A DNA stretch of 64,000 nt from a virus, in the IMG/VR virus record IMGVR_UViG_3300042894_006198, positions 1 to 64,000 of that record; one strand, written 5' to 3'. Positions 1 through 11,259 of this stretch are shown here, piece by piece. The notes under the pieces were generated by a model. It was given only the letters and a program-made list of their open reading frames with translations, did not search any database and was not told the origin of the DNA. Within the stretch, counting starts at the first letter, position 1. Every line of letters starts with the position of its first letter. Both the position numbers and the translations under genes were made by a program.

Positions 1-610
1 CAGGTATTGATACGTTACTATTGCCATTACTAATACTTGATGAACTAATTGATACCCAACTTAAATTTCCACTTCCATTTGTACTAAGAACTTGACCATC
101 ACTGCCCCCCGTAATAATTACATTACCCACCGCACCAAGATTTGATACACCTGCTACATTCAGTGTAGTAGCAACATTCATCGTATTAGCACTAATTATA
201 TTAGCACCTGTAATATTTCCACCTGATCCTGCACCTGCTACAATATTTGTTGCATTTAACGTACCTGCGACATTAACGCCTGTACCTGTTACAACAACAA
301 CATTGGCATTACCTGCTGAACTAATATTAACGTTCCCATTAGCCGCAGGTATTGATACGTTACTATTACCATTGCTAATACTTGATGAACTAATTGATAC
401 CCAACTTAAGTTTCCACTGCCATTTGTGCTAAGTACCTGTCCATTACTACCACCCGTTATTATAACGTTTGCGTTTGACCCTAAGTTTGCAGTGCTATTT
501 ACAACAAGATTACCAAAATATGTATGTGCTTGAACATTACTATTACTAGCAGTAAGTATAATGTTACCTGTTGTTAATCCGTTCTTTACGTTAAAATTTT
601 TTATTGGCAC
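1..610 (-). CDS. Fibre-like Asn/Gly-rich repeat virion protein, runs off the left edge (not in ORF track)
   Basis: GTG at 610 after AGGGA reads MPIKNFNVKNGLTTGNI...NLGSNANVIITGGSNGQVLSTNGSGNLSWVSISSSSISNGNSNVSIPAANG, the same repeat as 644..5497; no stop seen before position 1. Confidence 0.85.
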   Translation of the reverse strand, partial: MPIKNFNVKNGLTTGNIILTASNSNVQAHTYFGNLVVNSTANLGSNANVIITGGSNGQVLSTNGSGNLSWVSISSSSISNGNSNVSIPAANGNVNISSAGNANVVVVTGTGVNVAGTLNATNIVAGAGSGGNITGANIISANTMNVATTLNVAGVSNLGAVGNVIITGGSDGQVLSTNGSGNLSWVSISSSSISNGNSNVSIP

Positions 611-643
611 AGTTCCATATTCCCTGTTGTTATAATTAGTTTA

Positions 644-3600
644 TTACGGACTTAAATAAGTCGCTACAACTTGTACTTTAGCATTTGCACTAGATGATGT
701 TGCATATAAAGTAACGTTACCTGTTGTACCATTTACATTACTTGTTAAATCAACAATATCCGAAGATGAATTACTGCAAACACTTCCATAAATTGTAACA
801 AACGAATTTGTTCCATCATGAACTAAAAGTGTTTCAACTGATTGATATCCGTCATCACCTGAAGCACTTATAATATATTTAGCGGATCTGTAGGTTACAG
901 GGTTGAACTGATCAATAGTGGTATTTGTAGTAACTGCAACGTTAGAGCGACCTGCACTAAAGCTATTGGCACCTAGTATATTAACACCTGTAATATTACC
1001 ACCTGAACCACCGCCCGTTACAATACTTGTAGCATTTAAAACACCTGTAACATTAACACCTGTGCCTGAAACCACAACTACATTAGCATTACCCGCTGAA
1101 CTAATGTTTACATTACCATTTGCAGCAGGTATAGACACATTACTATTACCATTACTAATACTTGAGGAACTAAATGATACCCAACTTAAATTTCCACTTC
1201 CATTTGTACTAAGAACTTGACCATTACTGCCCCCTGTGATAATGACATTACCTACAGCACCAAGGTTTGATACCCCTGCTACGTTTAATCCTATAGAAGC
1301 ATTTACAGTGTTAGCTGATATAACATTAGCACCTGTAAGGTTACCACCTGTTCCTGCACCTGCAACAAATTGATTTGCAGTTAATGAGCCTGTAACATTT
1401 ACACCGTTGCCTGTAACAACAACTACATTAGCATTACCCGCTGAACTAATATTAACGTTACCGTTTGCTGCAGGTATACTTACATTACTATTGCCATTAC
1501 TAATACTTGATGAACTAATTGATACCCAACTTAAATTTCCACTTCCATTTGTACTAAGAACTTGACCATTACTACCACCTGTAATAATGACATTACCAAC
1601 TGCTCCAAGATTGGAAACACCCGCAATCGTAATATTATTTGCTGTTACTAAATTGCCTAAATTAGCATTTAGCGAAGTTATATTCCCTGAAAAATTACCT
1701 GTTCCCGTTGCAATTAAATTACCAACTTTAACAGATGGGTATGTTGCATTAGCCCAATCTATTGTTGTAGTAGGTTCCGCCACGACACCATCAAAGAATG
1801 TCCAAGTATCATTGGCAGCATTTCTTGCAATACCCGTGTGTACATATCCACCTTGATTATAACTTGCAACTATACCTAAATCATACAAATCACCTGTATT
1901 ATTTGCACCAACGTAGATTAATGGGTCGCCAACAACAAGATCGGTTACATTACTATAGTTTACGTTACCCGTTACATTGAGATTACCCGTTACATTAAGA
2001 TTACCATTCAGTACACTTAAAGCACCTGTTGTGACTTGTAAACCATTTCCTGCAGTAACTTGACTAGTGGTTGATATATTTCCTGTAACATTAACGCCTG
2101 TACCTGTAACTACGACCACATTAGCATTACCTGCTGAACTAATATTAACGTCCCCATTTGCAGCAGGTATACTGACATTACTGTTGCCATTGCTGATGCT
2201 GCTTGTGCTTACTGATACCCAACTTAGGTTTCCACTACCATTGGTGCTAAGAACTTGACCATTACTACCCCCTGTGATAATTACATTACCTACTGCACCA
2301 AGATTTGATACACCTGTTACGTTTAACGCAGTTGCTGCATTTACCGTATTTGCACTAAGAACATTAACTCCTGAAACATTACCGCCTGTTCCACCCCCTG
2401 CTACAATAGTTGAAGCTGTTAAGGTACCTGAAACGTTAACACCTGTTCCTGTAACAACAACTACGTTTGCATTACCTGCGGAACTAATATTAACGTTACC
2501 ATTTGCTGCAGGTATTGATACGTTACTATTGCCATTACTAATACTACTTGTGCTAATTGTTGACCAACTTAAATTACCACTACCATTGGTTGTTAATACT
2601 TGACCGTTACTACCACCTGTTATTAGTACATTGCTATTAGGTCCAAGATTTGTAACACCTGCAATAACTAAACCTGAAAGTGTTCCAATTGATGTAATAT
2701 TTGGCTGAGCAGCAGTGGTTAAAGTGCCTGATACTAGGTTTGCAATAACATTACCATTAATGTTTAAATTACCTACAATGTTCGCACCAACCCCTGTCAC
2801 CACTAATACGTTAGCATTACCTTCTGCACTTACATTGACATTACCATTAGCAGTTGGTATTGAGACATTACTATTGCCATTACTGATACTACTTGTATTA
2901 ATTGAAGACCAACTTAAGTTTCCACTGCCATTAGTAGATAAGAATTGTCCACTACTTCCACCTGTAATGATTACATTACCATTAGAGCCAAGATTGGACA
3001 CACCTGCTACATTTAAAGCTACCGCAGCATTAACTGTATTAGCACTAAGAACATTTACCCCGGTAATGTTACCGCCTGAGCCTCCACCTGTAACAATACT
3101 CGTCGCATTTAGTGTACCTGTAACATTTACACCATTGCCTGTAACAACAACTACATTGGCATTACCCGCTGAGCTAATGTTTACATTTCCATTAGCCGCA
3201 GGTATTGATACGTTACTATTGCCATTACTGATACTTGATGAACTAATTGATACCCAACTTAAGTTTCCACTACCATTTGTTGTTAGTACCTGACCGTTAC
3301 TTCCACCTGTAATAATAACGTTGCCAACAGGTCCCAAATTTGATACACCTGTGACATTAAATGAAGTAGCAACATTTACAGTATTTGAGCTTATTAAATT
3401 AGCCCCTGTAATTTCCCCACCGTTACCGTTCCCTGTAATCAAATTTCCTACAGTTACGTTACCTGTAAAATTACCTGAACCTGCAACATTAATGCCTGTG
3501 CCTGTTATAACGACTACATTAGCGTTACCTATTGCACTAATGTTTACATTACCATTTGCAGAAGGTATACTGACATTGCTATTGCCATTACTTATACTAC

Positions 3601-5497
3601 TCGTACTAATAGTTGTCCAACTTAAATTTCCACTACCATTAGTACTTAATACTTGACCATTGCTTCCACCTGTAATAATGACATTACCATTAGATCCTAA
3701 GTTTGATATTCCTGCAACATTTAATGCTGTAGCAGCATTTACTGTATTAGCTGATATAACATTAGCACCCGTAAGGTTTCCACCTGTACCTGCACCTGCA
3801 ACAAATTGATTTGCAGTTAATGACCCTGAAACATTTGCGTTACCATTGACAACTAATCCTGTACCTGTTACCACAACTACGTTGGCATTACCTTCTGCGC
3901 TAATATTAACGTTCCCATTAGCAGCAGGTATAGATACATTACTATTGCCATTACTGATACTTGATGAACTAATTGATACCCAACTTAAATTTCCACTTCC
4001 ATTTGTGCTTAATACCTGACCATTACTCCCACCTGTAATAATAACGTTACCATTAGCACCAAGGTTTGATACACCTGATACATTTAAATTTACCGATACA
4101 TTTACATTGTTTGCTGTAGCTGTATTACCAAGTTGAGCATTACCTGATCGTATATTTGCTAATTGTGTAAAAGTAACAACTTCGCTAGAAATAGATACGT
4201 TAGAACCAAAAGCAAATTCAGCATTGCTTACGTCCCAACCCATAAATGCAATTTTTGCAGCAGTATCATAATAATTTAATGCTGTACCAACGTCTTTACC
4301 ACTATTTGCATTAGGTGCAGCACCGTTAGGTCCTGTCTGAAGTTGAATGATTGGGTCTTGTACTGATAAATCAGTTACATTAACGTATATTAAATTACCA
4401 TTTACAGTAAGATTACCACTAATTATAGCGTTACCACTTACACCTAAATTACCTGTTGTATTAAGTGAACTACTAAAATTGCCTGTTCCTGTGACATTGA
4501 CTCCTGTACCCGAAACGACTATTACGTTAGAATTTCCTGATACATTAAAAGTTACATCACCATTTGCTGCAGGTATTGATACATTACTATTGCCATTACT
4601 AATACTACTTGTACTTACCGTAGTCCAACTTAAATTACCACTGCCGTTTGTTGTTAAAAATTGACCATCACTACCGCCTGTAATAATTACATTACCGTTT
4701 GAGCCAAGATTTGATATACCTGCTACGTTTAACGTAGTTGCAACATTTACAGTGTTTGCACTGATTACGTTGGCACCTGATAAATTACCACCTGTACCCG
4801 CACCTGCTACAAACTCGTTTGCAGTAAGAGAACCCGTAACATTTGCATTACCATTAACTCTTAAACCTGTACCCGTTACAATTGCTACGTTAGCATTACC
4901 TGCTACACTAAAATTAATATTTCCATTTGCAGACGGTATAGCAATATTACTGTTACCATTACTTAAATACTTGACATCAGCATCAAATCGAATATATTTG
5001 TATAATTGAGAAGGTGGATTAGGTGTGTTGCTTGTGGTAATAACAAGATTATTACCTGCAATAAATTGAACAGTATCTTCAGCTTGTGCTACTAAATTTG
5101 GTTGTCCATCAACAACCCAAGTCTTAAAAGTACTACCTAAAGAAACTAGAACATTACCATTGCCTACGTTAGATACACTAAAACCTGAGTCTTTATCAAA
5201 AAGAATGCCCGAAACATTTGATGTACTATTAGTTATATTACCTGCATTAGCATTACTTTCATATACAGATAAAGTTGCAGCAGGTGCTGTCCATGTTAGA
5301 TTACCATTACCATCAGTTTTTAATATGTAATTAGCAGTGCCGCCTGTTATGATGACATTACCAACATTACCCAAATTAGCTTGGTTACTTACAACTATTT
5401 TACTAGTGTTAATGTCTCCATTAGCTTCTATTACATTTGATATCGGATCTGTACCTACAGAGAACCCGCTTATTGAATTAAATGGTCTTATTGGCAT
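644..5497 (-). CDS. Fibre-like virion protein, 1617 aa, with about 10 copies of a ~120-aa repeat
   Basis: Repeat NLGxxGNVIITGGSNGQVLSTNGSGNLSW..SISNGNSNVSIPAANG; C-terminal RSAKY..ETLLVHDGT beta module; N-terminus PFNSxxGFSVG shared with 8958..11198. Confidence 0.75.
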   Translation of the reverse strand: MPIRPFNSISGFSVGTDPISNVIEANGDINTSKIVVSNQANLGNVGNVIITGGTANYILKTDGNGNLTWTAPAATLSVYESNANAGNITNSTSNVSGILFDKDSGFSVSNVGNGNVLVSLGSTFKTWVVDGQPNLVAQAEDTVQFIAGNNLVITTSNTPNPPSQLYKYIRFDADVKYLSNGNSNIAIPSANGNINFSVAGNANVAIVTGTGLRVNGNANVTGSLTANEFVAGAGTGGNLSGANVISANTVNVATTLNVAGISNLGSNGNVIITGGSDGQFLTTNGSGNLSWTTVSTSSISNGNSNVSIPAANGDVTFNVSGNSNVIVVSGTGVNVTGTGNFSSSLNTTGNLGVSGNAIISGNLTVNGNLIYVNVTDLSVQDPIIQLQTGPNGAAPNANSGKDVGTALNYYDTAAKIAFMGWDVSNAEFAFGSNVSISSEVVTFTQLANIRSGNAQLGNTATANNVNVSVNLNVSGVSNLGANGNVIITGGSNGQVLSTNGSGNLSWVSISSSSISNGNSNVSIPAANGNVNISAEGNANVVVVTGTGLVVNGNANVSGSLTANQFVAGAGTGGNLTGANVISANTVNAATALNVAGISNLGSNGNVIITGGSNGQVLSTNGSGNLSWTTISTSSISNGNSNVSIPSANGNVNISAIGNANVVVITGTGINVAGSGNFTGNVTVGNLITGNGNGGEITGANLISSNTVNVATSFNVTGVSNLGPVGNVIITGGSNGQVLTTNGSGNLSWVSISSSSISNGNSNVSIPAANGNVNISSAGNANVVVVTGNGVNVTGTLNATSIVTGGGSGGNITGVNVLSANTVNAAVALNVAGVSNLGSNGNVIITGGSSGQFLSTNGSGNLSWSSINTSSISNGNSNVSIPTANGNVNVSAEGNANVLVVTGVGANIVGNLNINGNVIANLVSGTLTTAAQPNITSIGTLSGLVIAGVTNLGPNSNVLITGGSNGQVLTTNGSGNLSWSTISTSSISNGNSNVSIPAANGNVNISSAGNANVVVVTGTGVNVSGTLTASTIVAGGGTGGNVSGVNVLSANTVNAATALNVTGVSNLGAVGNVIITGGSNGQVLSTNGSGNLSWVSVSTSSISNGNSNVSIPAANGDVNISSAGNANVVVVTGTGVNVTGNISTTSQVTAGNGLQVTTGALSVLNGNLNVTGNLNVTGNVNYSNVTDLVVGDPLIYVGANNTGDLYDLGIVASYNQGGYVHTGIARNAANDTWTFFDGVVAEPTTTIDWANATYPSVKVGNLIATGTGNFSGNITSLNANLGNLVTANNITIAGVSNLGAVGNVIITGGSNGQVLSTNGSGNLSWVSISSSSISNGNSNVSIPAANGNVNISSAGNANVVVVTGNGVNVTGSLTANQFVAGAGTGGNLTGANVISANTVNASIGLNVAGVSNLGAVGNVIITGGSNGQVLSTNGSGNLSWVSFSSSSISNGNSNVSIPAANGNVNISSAGNANVVVVSGTGVNVTGVLNATSIVTGGGSGGNITGVNILGANSFSAGRSNVAVTTNTTIDQFNPVTYRSAKYIISASGDDGYQSVETLLVHDGTNSFVTIYGSVCSNSSSDIVDLTSNVNGTTGNVTLYATSSSANAKVQVVATYLSP

Positions 5498-5538
5498 CTA
5501 AATTTACTCTTATTATAATATTTAGTCCTACAAATCTC

Positions 5539-8500
5539 TTATACCAAACGGTACTGTGTTGTCCAAGTAGTAGAATTACTACTTGCAGGAGTTACTTGTA
5601 AGGCTATATTAGATCCCGATATATTCACCGCTAATAATCCTGTTGTACCACCTATTCCAACACTACCAAATGTGGCATAATCAACTGTAGTACCATCTGT
5701 AACCGCTTGTACGGTAGCAACACTGTACTTTGAACCTACAGAATCTACTCCACGTACTAAAAATTGTACGCCAACAAAACCACTTACAGGGAATTGAGCA
5801 ATTGTTTGATTAGCTGAAGTTGCCGTAGTTACCGTATTACCCCAAGTGACCAATGTAGTACCCATTTCTAGATTACTTGAAACTAGTTTTGTGTTAGCTA
5901 CGACATTGTCGCCCGTTATAGTTGTTGATGCTCCTATAGTTCCTGATACAACTAAACCTGATTGAGTAAATGTCGCAACATTTGCAGTACCTGTTACACT
6001 CACTGTAACGTTACTATTAGCAAGAACAACTACATTAGAGTTACCATTTTGTATTTGGTAAGTATCAATGGTTGTCCAACTTAAATTACCACTGCCGTTT
6101 GTTGTTAATACTTGTCCATTACTTCCTGCGTTGGCAGGTAAGTTTAATGTATAATTTGCTGTGGCACCTGACCCTGTCAGTGTGGCTGTATATACACCGT
6201 TTAAGAAATTAAACTTCGTGCCCGTTACTTCATTAGTAAGAATATTTCCACTACTTGCATTGACAACTGTTCCTGTACCTGCTAAAATTATATTGTTAGC
6301 ATTAACATTTTTTGTAACATTGGCATTACCTGTTACAGTAAGCTCACCACCTGTAGATAAATTACCACCACTGATATTACCCGATGCAAGAATCGCTACT
6401 GTTTCAATATTCCCAATATTTGCATTACCAAGTATATTGGCTGAACTTATATTAGCAATTGCTTTGTTTGAAAAATCAGTAATCCCTGTACCTTGTGGTG
6501 CAATGATAATATTAGCGTTTGCCCCTAATACACCAATTGTTAAATCACTTCCTGTTCTAGCACTATATCCGTCTGCTAAAACGGTACTTGCAACGATAAG
6601 ATTACTTAATACACCAAGTGATGTAACATTTGGTTGAGCATTAGTAGTCAATGTACCTGTTACAAAATTTGCTGTAACTAAATTGCCACCTGCTACATTA
6701 CCTGCGCTTAAATTACCCGTAAAGTTAGCTGTGTTACCACTAAGTGCTAAATTTACTGTTACATTATTGCTTGTTACATTAGATGATACTTCAACTAAAT
6801 TAGCCGTTACTTTACTATTTGCGTTAATATTATTAGCTAAAACATTACCTGTAACAGATAAACTTGTACCTGTAGCATTATCTATATTTGGAGATGTAAG
6901 TTGTGCGCTTGACTTTACTACAACATTACCACTTACTATAGCCGTAGTAACGTTATCAACATTTACAGAAAATACTGTACCTGTTAAGGTTAAACCTGCT
7001 CCCGCTTGATATGTTCCTGCTCCACTAAATTGTACCCATGTTATAGGATCTGTACCAACAACAGTAACAGGATCAGTCATTACCCATCCTGTATCATTGT
7101 ATATGTTACCTTGTTGAACAAAAGTAAAATCACCACCTAACATTTCTGTAGGTGTATCAAAATCAAGTGCTCGTACAATGGTAGATGCATTTGCCCATGT
7201 GTAAATACCATTATGTGCTGAGTTAGCCTCATTTTTAACAAGGATACGTGTTCCTACTGTTTGAACATTCACCGTATCAATTAAATTAAACGCACCTGTT
7301 GTTACAAGATTTGCTCCAACACCACTTGCACCGTTATTATAGGTTATTGTTCCACCTGTAATATTTGCCAAAGTATCAGGGGTTGCTGCTTGAGCGGGAG
7401 CATGAACGTGCAAACCTTGTGCAACATCATCAACGTATTGTTTTGTAGCTGCATCTGAAGCTGCGTTAGGTGTAGCTACAGAGGTAATTCTAAAATTAGC
7501 TACATCAACCGTACCATTACCAAATGGTTTTAATTCAATGAAACTATTACCTGTTTGTTCAGATAATAATTGTAAGTTTGCACTTAAAGCTGTTACGGAG
7601 TTACTTTTTACAGCACCAAATATACCATTACCATTGGCATAAACATTACCTACTACGTTGGCACCTATACCTGATACAACAACCACGTTGGCATTGCCTG
7701 ATGCACTTAAATTAATATTTCCATCTGCAGTAGGTATCGATACATTACTATTACCATTGCTAATACTCGATGAACTAATTGATACCCAACTTAAATTACC
7801 GCTACCATTTGTGCTTAATACTTGACCATTACTGCCACCTGTTATGATTACATTACCAACAGGTCCTAAATTAGATACCCCCGTTGCAATTAAACCTGTT
7901 GTGCCAATATTACCTACATTTGCATTACCTGATACATTTAACGTACCTGTGACGTTTACACCTGTACCTGACACCTCAACAATGTTTGCATTGCCCGCTG
8001 CGCTAATAGTAATATTACCATTTGCCGTGGGTATTGAAACATTACTATTACCGTTACTAATATTACTAATATTTGATGAACTAACAGATACCCAACTTAA
8101 ACCACCACTTCCATTGGTGCTTAATACTTGCCCATTGCTACCACCAAGAATGGTAACATTAGCCACATTACCTAAATTAGCAGAATTTGCTATAGTAATA
8201 GCACTGAAGTTAGCTGTATTACCTGCTAATTCTAAATTTACTGTAGCATTGCCAACTGTAATACCACTACCATAAAAATTAGTACCTGTAAAAGATGCGG
8301 TAGTTGTTACTTGTCCTGTACCATTTGGAGCAAATATTAAATTGGCATTTGTTAAAGTAGTTGAAATAGTGGTGTTTGATATATCTAAATTACCAAGCTG
8401 TGTATTAGCAGGTAAATTTTGTACACCAATAATACCAATATAACGGTAACCTACTGCATATAATACTTTACCTGATGTTAGAGCAGCAGGTATCGTTTCA

Positions 8501-8955
8501 CCAATAAAGTTTAATACGCCTGATTGATAGTTATAGTAAAACTCACCTGTACCACCGCTACCTGCAGCAAATATTTGTGTACCTGTTGACGTTGGATTAG
8601 CCGCCCCAGGATTATCCACATAAATCTTTATAGCATAAGTTGCACCAAATTCTTGTGGAATCCAATAAGTTAAGTTTGTTTTCCAAGTTGGATAAATTCC
8701 ACCTACAGGTACTGTAGTATTATCTGCAACCATTTGTACAGCACTAGCACCTGTGTAAGCTTGAACAACATTGGGGACTGCTGCAGCAGTAGCAGGTATC
8801 TGACTTGACTGAACCCATTGAGTATCGCCACGTATTAATAGTGGGCTAGGAATTGATTCGTTACTAGGACTTTTATTATTAGCCGTATCGGTTTTTGTAA
8901 CACCGAAGGCTTGTTTATATAGTAAGTCAACTTGTTGTGCTATAGATACTGACAT
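5539..8955 (-). CDS. Tail-fibre-like virion protein, 1138 aa
   Basis: Same GGSNGQVLSTNGSGNLSW repeats plus DAATKQYVD..RILVKNE..HNGIY..RALDFD module typical of phage fibres. Confidence 0.75.
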   Translation of the reverse strand: MSVSIAQQVDLLYKQAFGVTKTDTANNKSPSNESIPSPLLIRGDTQWVQSSQIPATAAAVPNVVQAYTGASAVQMVADNTTVPVGGIYPTWKTNLTYWIPQEFGATYAIKIYVDNPGAANPTSTGTQIFAAGSGGTGEFYYNYQSGVLNFIGETIPAALTSGKVLYAVGYRYIGIIGVQNLPANTQLGNLDISNTTISTTLTNANLIFAPNGTGQVTTTASFTGTNFYGSGITVGNATVNLELAGNTANFSAITIANSANLGNVANVTILGGSNGQVLSTNGSGGLSWVSVSSSNISNISNGNSNVSIPTANGNITISAAGNANIVEVSGTGVNVTGTLNVSGNANVGNIGTTGLIATGVSNLGPVGNVIITGGSNGQVLSTNGSGNLSWVSISSSSISNGNSNVSIPTADGNINLSASGNANVVVVSGIGANVVGNVYANGNGIFGAVKSNSVTALSANLQLLSEQTGNSFIELKPFGNGTVDVANFRITSVATPNAASDAATKQYVDDVAQGLHVHAPAQAATPDTLANITGGTITYNNGASGVGANLVTTGAFNLIDTVNVQTVGTRILVKNEANSAHNGIYTWANASTIVRALDFDTPTEMLGGDFTFVQQGNIYNDTGWVMTDPVTVVGTDPITWVQFSGAGTYQAGAGLTLTGTVFSVNVDNVTTAIVSGNVVVKSSAQLTSPNIDNATGTSLSVTGNVLANNINANSKVTANLVEVSSNVTSNNVTVNLALSGNTANFTGNLSAGNVAGGNLVTANFVTGTLTTNAQPNVTSLGVLSNLIVASTVLADGYSARTGSDLTIGVLGANANIIIAPQGTGITDFSNKAIANISSANILGNANIGNIETVAILASGNISGGNLSTGGELTVTGNANVTKNVNANNIILAGTGTVVNASSGNILTNEVTGTKFNFLNGVYTATLTGSGATANYTLNLPANAGSNGQVLTTNGSGNLSWTTIDTYQIQNGNSNVVVLANSNVTVSVTGTANVATFTQSGLVVSGTIGASTTITGDNVVANTKLVSSNLEMGTTLVTWGNTVTTATSANQTIAQFPVSGFVGVQFLVRGVDSVGSKYSVATVQAVTDGTTVDYATFGSVGIGGTTGLLAVNISGSNIALQVTPASSNSTTWTTQYRLV

Positions 8956-8957
8956 AA

Positions 8958-11198
8958 TTAGTTACTCGCTGGTTGTAATGATAAAGCTGTGATTGACTGC
9001 CCCGAAGTCAATTTAATTCGAACATAAATCTCGTTGGTAGCAGTGCTTGAACTACTAACCGTTCCAAATGTTGCCGTAATTGATCTAGCCACTTGTGCTG
9101 AGTTTAATGGAGCAACTGTACCTAAAGCACAACCATTACTACCATTACCACCTGCACCTGTGTTTGCACCTGGGACACCTGCGCCACCATACGCTACACT
9201 CATATCAAGCCAACCATTTAATGTTGAGGTACTGTCGATGGTGCTACCTGGTAGGGCTACCCATAATCCTGCAAGCGTACCTGTCCAACGTACATCAAAC
9301 TTTGAAACAGATGTTCTTACAAATTTAAAGGTAAAATATTGTGAACCACTTCTACCTGCACTTAAATCAGGACCAACAGGTAAATAACCTGTTGAATAAT
9401 TTGTTTGATCATGCTTAAGAATCGCAGCTACAATTGTCGCATCATATGTTTGTAATGTAGAACTTTGACTATTAAAAGCAGCAGCACTTGCTGTATAGGC
9501 AGGAGTATCCGTTGAGCCAGGATTTATTATCCTAAACGCCAACCCACTTCCACTACCAATTGTTCCACCAATTACAACGTTAGCTTCTTCCATCGTAGAA
9601 GCTGTACCCGTTTTATATAAAACATTCGCACTAGGACTAAACGAACCTGTGCCTGTTAAATAACTGTTCAAAACAGATATTGATGGTGAACCTGTACTTG
9701 CACCAAAACCTGATATAATATTTGAAGTGGTTGTTGTTGACAATGTGCCACTAGATACATATAAGTTTCTTGCTAATGGCGTAGTGACACCCGCTGTTGC
9801 ATAAGTTAAAGTAACAGGAGCACTAAATGCTCCACCTGCTGTGCCTGTAATAAAACTATCACTAGTTGGGTACATATCACCACTTAAACGGTTTACTTCA
9901 AAAGCAAGCGTAAATTGATTTGAATTATTGTAATGAGCAACTGTACTAGAATATGTGTACGATGGAGACCCAGGCGCTGTAATCGACACATTTGACACCA
10001 CAGGCTGTCCAGGCGAACTTGCATCATAATACCAATATGGTTGATTAGTATTTGAAGTTGCACTTTGTCCAATCTTTACTTCATTCCAACCCTCTGTTAC
10101 AGTACCTGCAGCATATGATGTAAATACTGACCAAAAACCTGCTGCAATATTTGCGTTAACATTTCGATAATCAAAGTTATTTGTAATTACTAGGTTACTA
10201 TATGTTCCGTTACCATTTAAGCTATTAGTTAATGTTCTATTACCTGCATCTGAACCATTCAAATATACGGTTACGGTTCCTTGATTACCTGGTCCCACAT
10301 TTGCAACAGTGTTAGTAGCATAAGAAGATGATCGACGTACTGTAGTAACTGTTGTACCACCTGCTACATTTTTGTTTGCACTTGGGGTGTTGTCTGTTTG
10401 CGTGAAGTTTGCCATACGATATGATGACAATGAGTTTACTGATAGGGTGGTAGCACCTGGAAAATTTGTTGGTGCAGGAGGAACTAACTTGCCTAAAATA
10501 TCATTTAATTGTGCTATTGCATTAGACACTGATGAGGAATTTGTTAATGTTATAGCATTACTAATCAAGTTTCCTGCTGTAGGATCACCCAATGCAATAC
10601 CTGTTGCACCCCCTGCTGTGTTAGCTACAACTAATATACCTGTACCATCAGGTTCAATGGTAATATTTCCATTACTTGAAGAAACAATTGCTCCATTTAA
10701 ATTTAAGTTACCTGTTAATCCTAATACACTAGTGGTTTGATCGAATGTAAAATTAGCACTAGCACCTAGTGTGTTTGAATTATTGTATTGAATTTGTGTA
10801 TTTGAACCTGCAGGTGTTACATTTCCTGAAATATTTCCTGAAATGTTACCAATTATTGTTCCACCTACTGTCAGATTTCCTGTAATGTTTGCCGCATTTG
10901 CAAGTACATTACCTATAACAGTTAAAACATTGTTGCTATTATCAAAAGTAAAATTGGCACTTGCTGCAAAATTTCCATTACTGTTGAATTGAACGTAACC
11001 ATTAGACCCTGAAGCTTCTTGTAAATCCCATGGAGCACCGTTAGCATAAAGTAAGTTGTTTGTTTTAACGTTACCTGCAGCAATATCACCTGTAAGTGTT
11101 ACATTTCCTGTTGTTATATCGCCATTACCTAAAATGACGTTAGCAGGTACTTCTCCTACTGAGAAACCTGCTACAGAATTAAAAGGTTTTAGTGCCAT
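8958..11198 (-). CDS. Virion structural/fibre-associated protein, 746 aa
   Basis: N-terminus MALKPFNSVAGFSVG paralogous to 644..5497; GSNTQIQYN..ANFTFD repeats; Ser/Thr-rich beta-rich C-terminal part; upstream ATAAATA. Confidence 0.65.
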   Translation of the reverse strand: MALKPFNSVAGFSVGEVPANVILGNGDITTGNVTLTGDIAAGNVKTNNLLYANGAPWDLQEASGSNGYVQFNSNGNFAASANFTFDNSNNVLTVIGNVLANAANITGNLTVGGTIIGNISGNISGNVTPAGSNTQIQYNNSNTLGASANFTFDQTTSVLGLTGNLNLNGAIVSSSNGNITIEPDGTGILVVANTAGGATGIALGDPTAGNLISNAITLTNSSSVSNAIAQLNDILGKLVPPAPTNFPGATTLSVNSLSSYRMANFTQTDNTPSANKNVAGGTTVTTVRRSSSYATNTVANVGPGNQGTVTVYLNGSDAGNRTLTNSLNGNGTYSNLVITNNFDYRNVNANIAAGFWSVFTSYAAGTVTEGWNEVKIGQSATSNTNQPYWYYDASSPGQPVVSNVSITAPGSPSYTYSSTVAHYNNSNQFTLAFEVNRLSGDMYPTSDSFITGTAGGAFSAPVTLTYATAGVTTPLARNLYVSSGTLSTTTTSNIISGFGASTGSPSISVLNSYLTGTGSFSPSANVLYKTGTASTMEEANVVIGGTIGSGSGLAFRIINPGSTDTPAYTASAAAFNSQSSTLQTYDATIVAAILKHDQTNYSTGYLPVGPDLSAGRSGSQYFTFKFVRTSVSKFDVRWTGTLAGLWVALPGSTIDSTSTLNGWLDMSVAYGGAGVPGANTGAGGNGSNGCALGTVAPLNSAQVARSITATFGTVSSSSTATNEIYVRIKLTSGQSITALSLQPASN

Positions 11199-11259
11199 GT
11201 TTGAAATTTCCTATCTAATTTATTTATCTAAAGTCTATCCTCTAATCCCGCCATAAAAC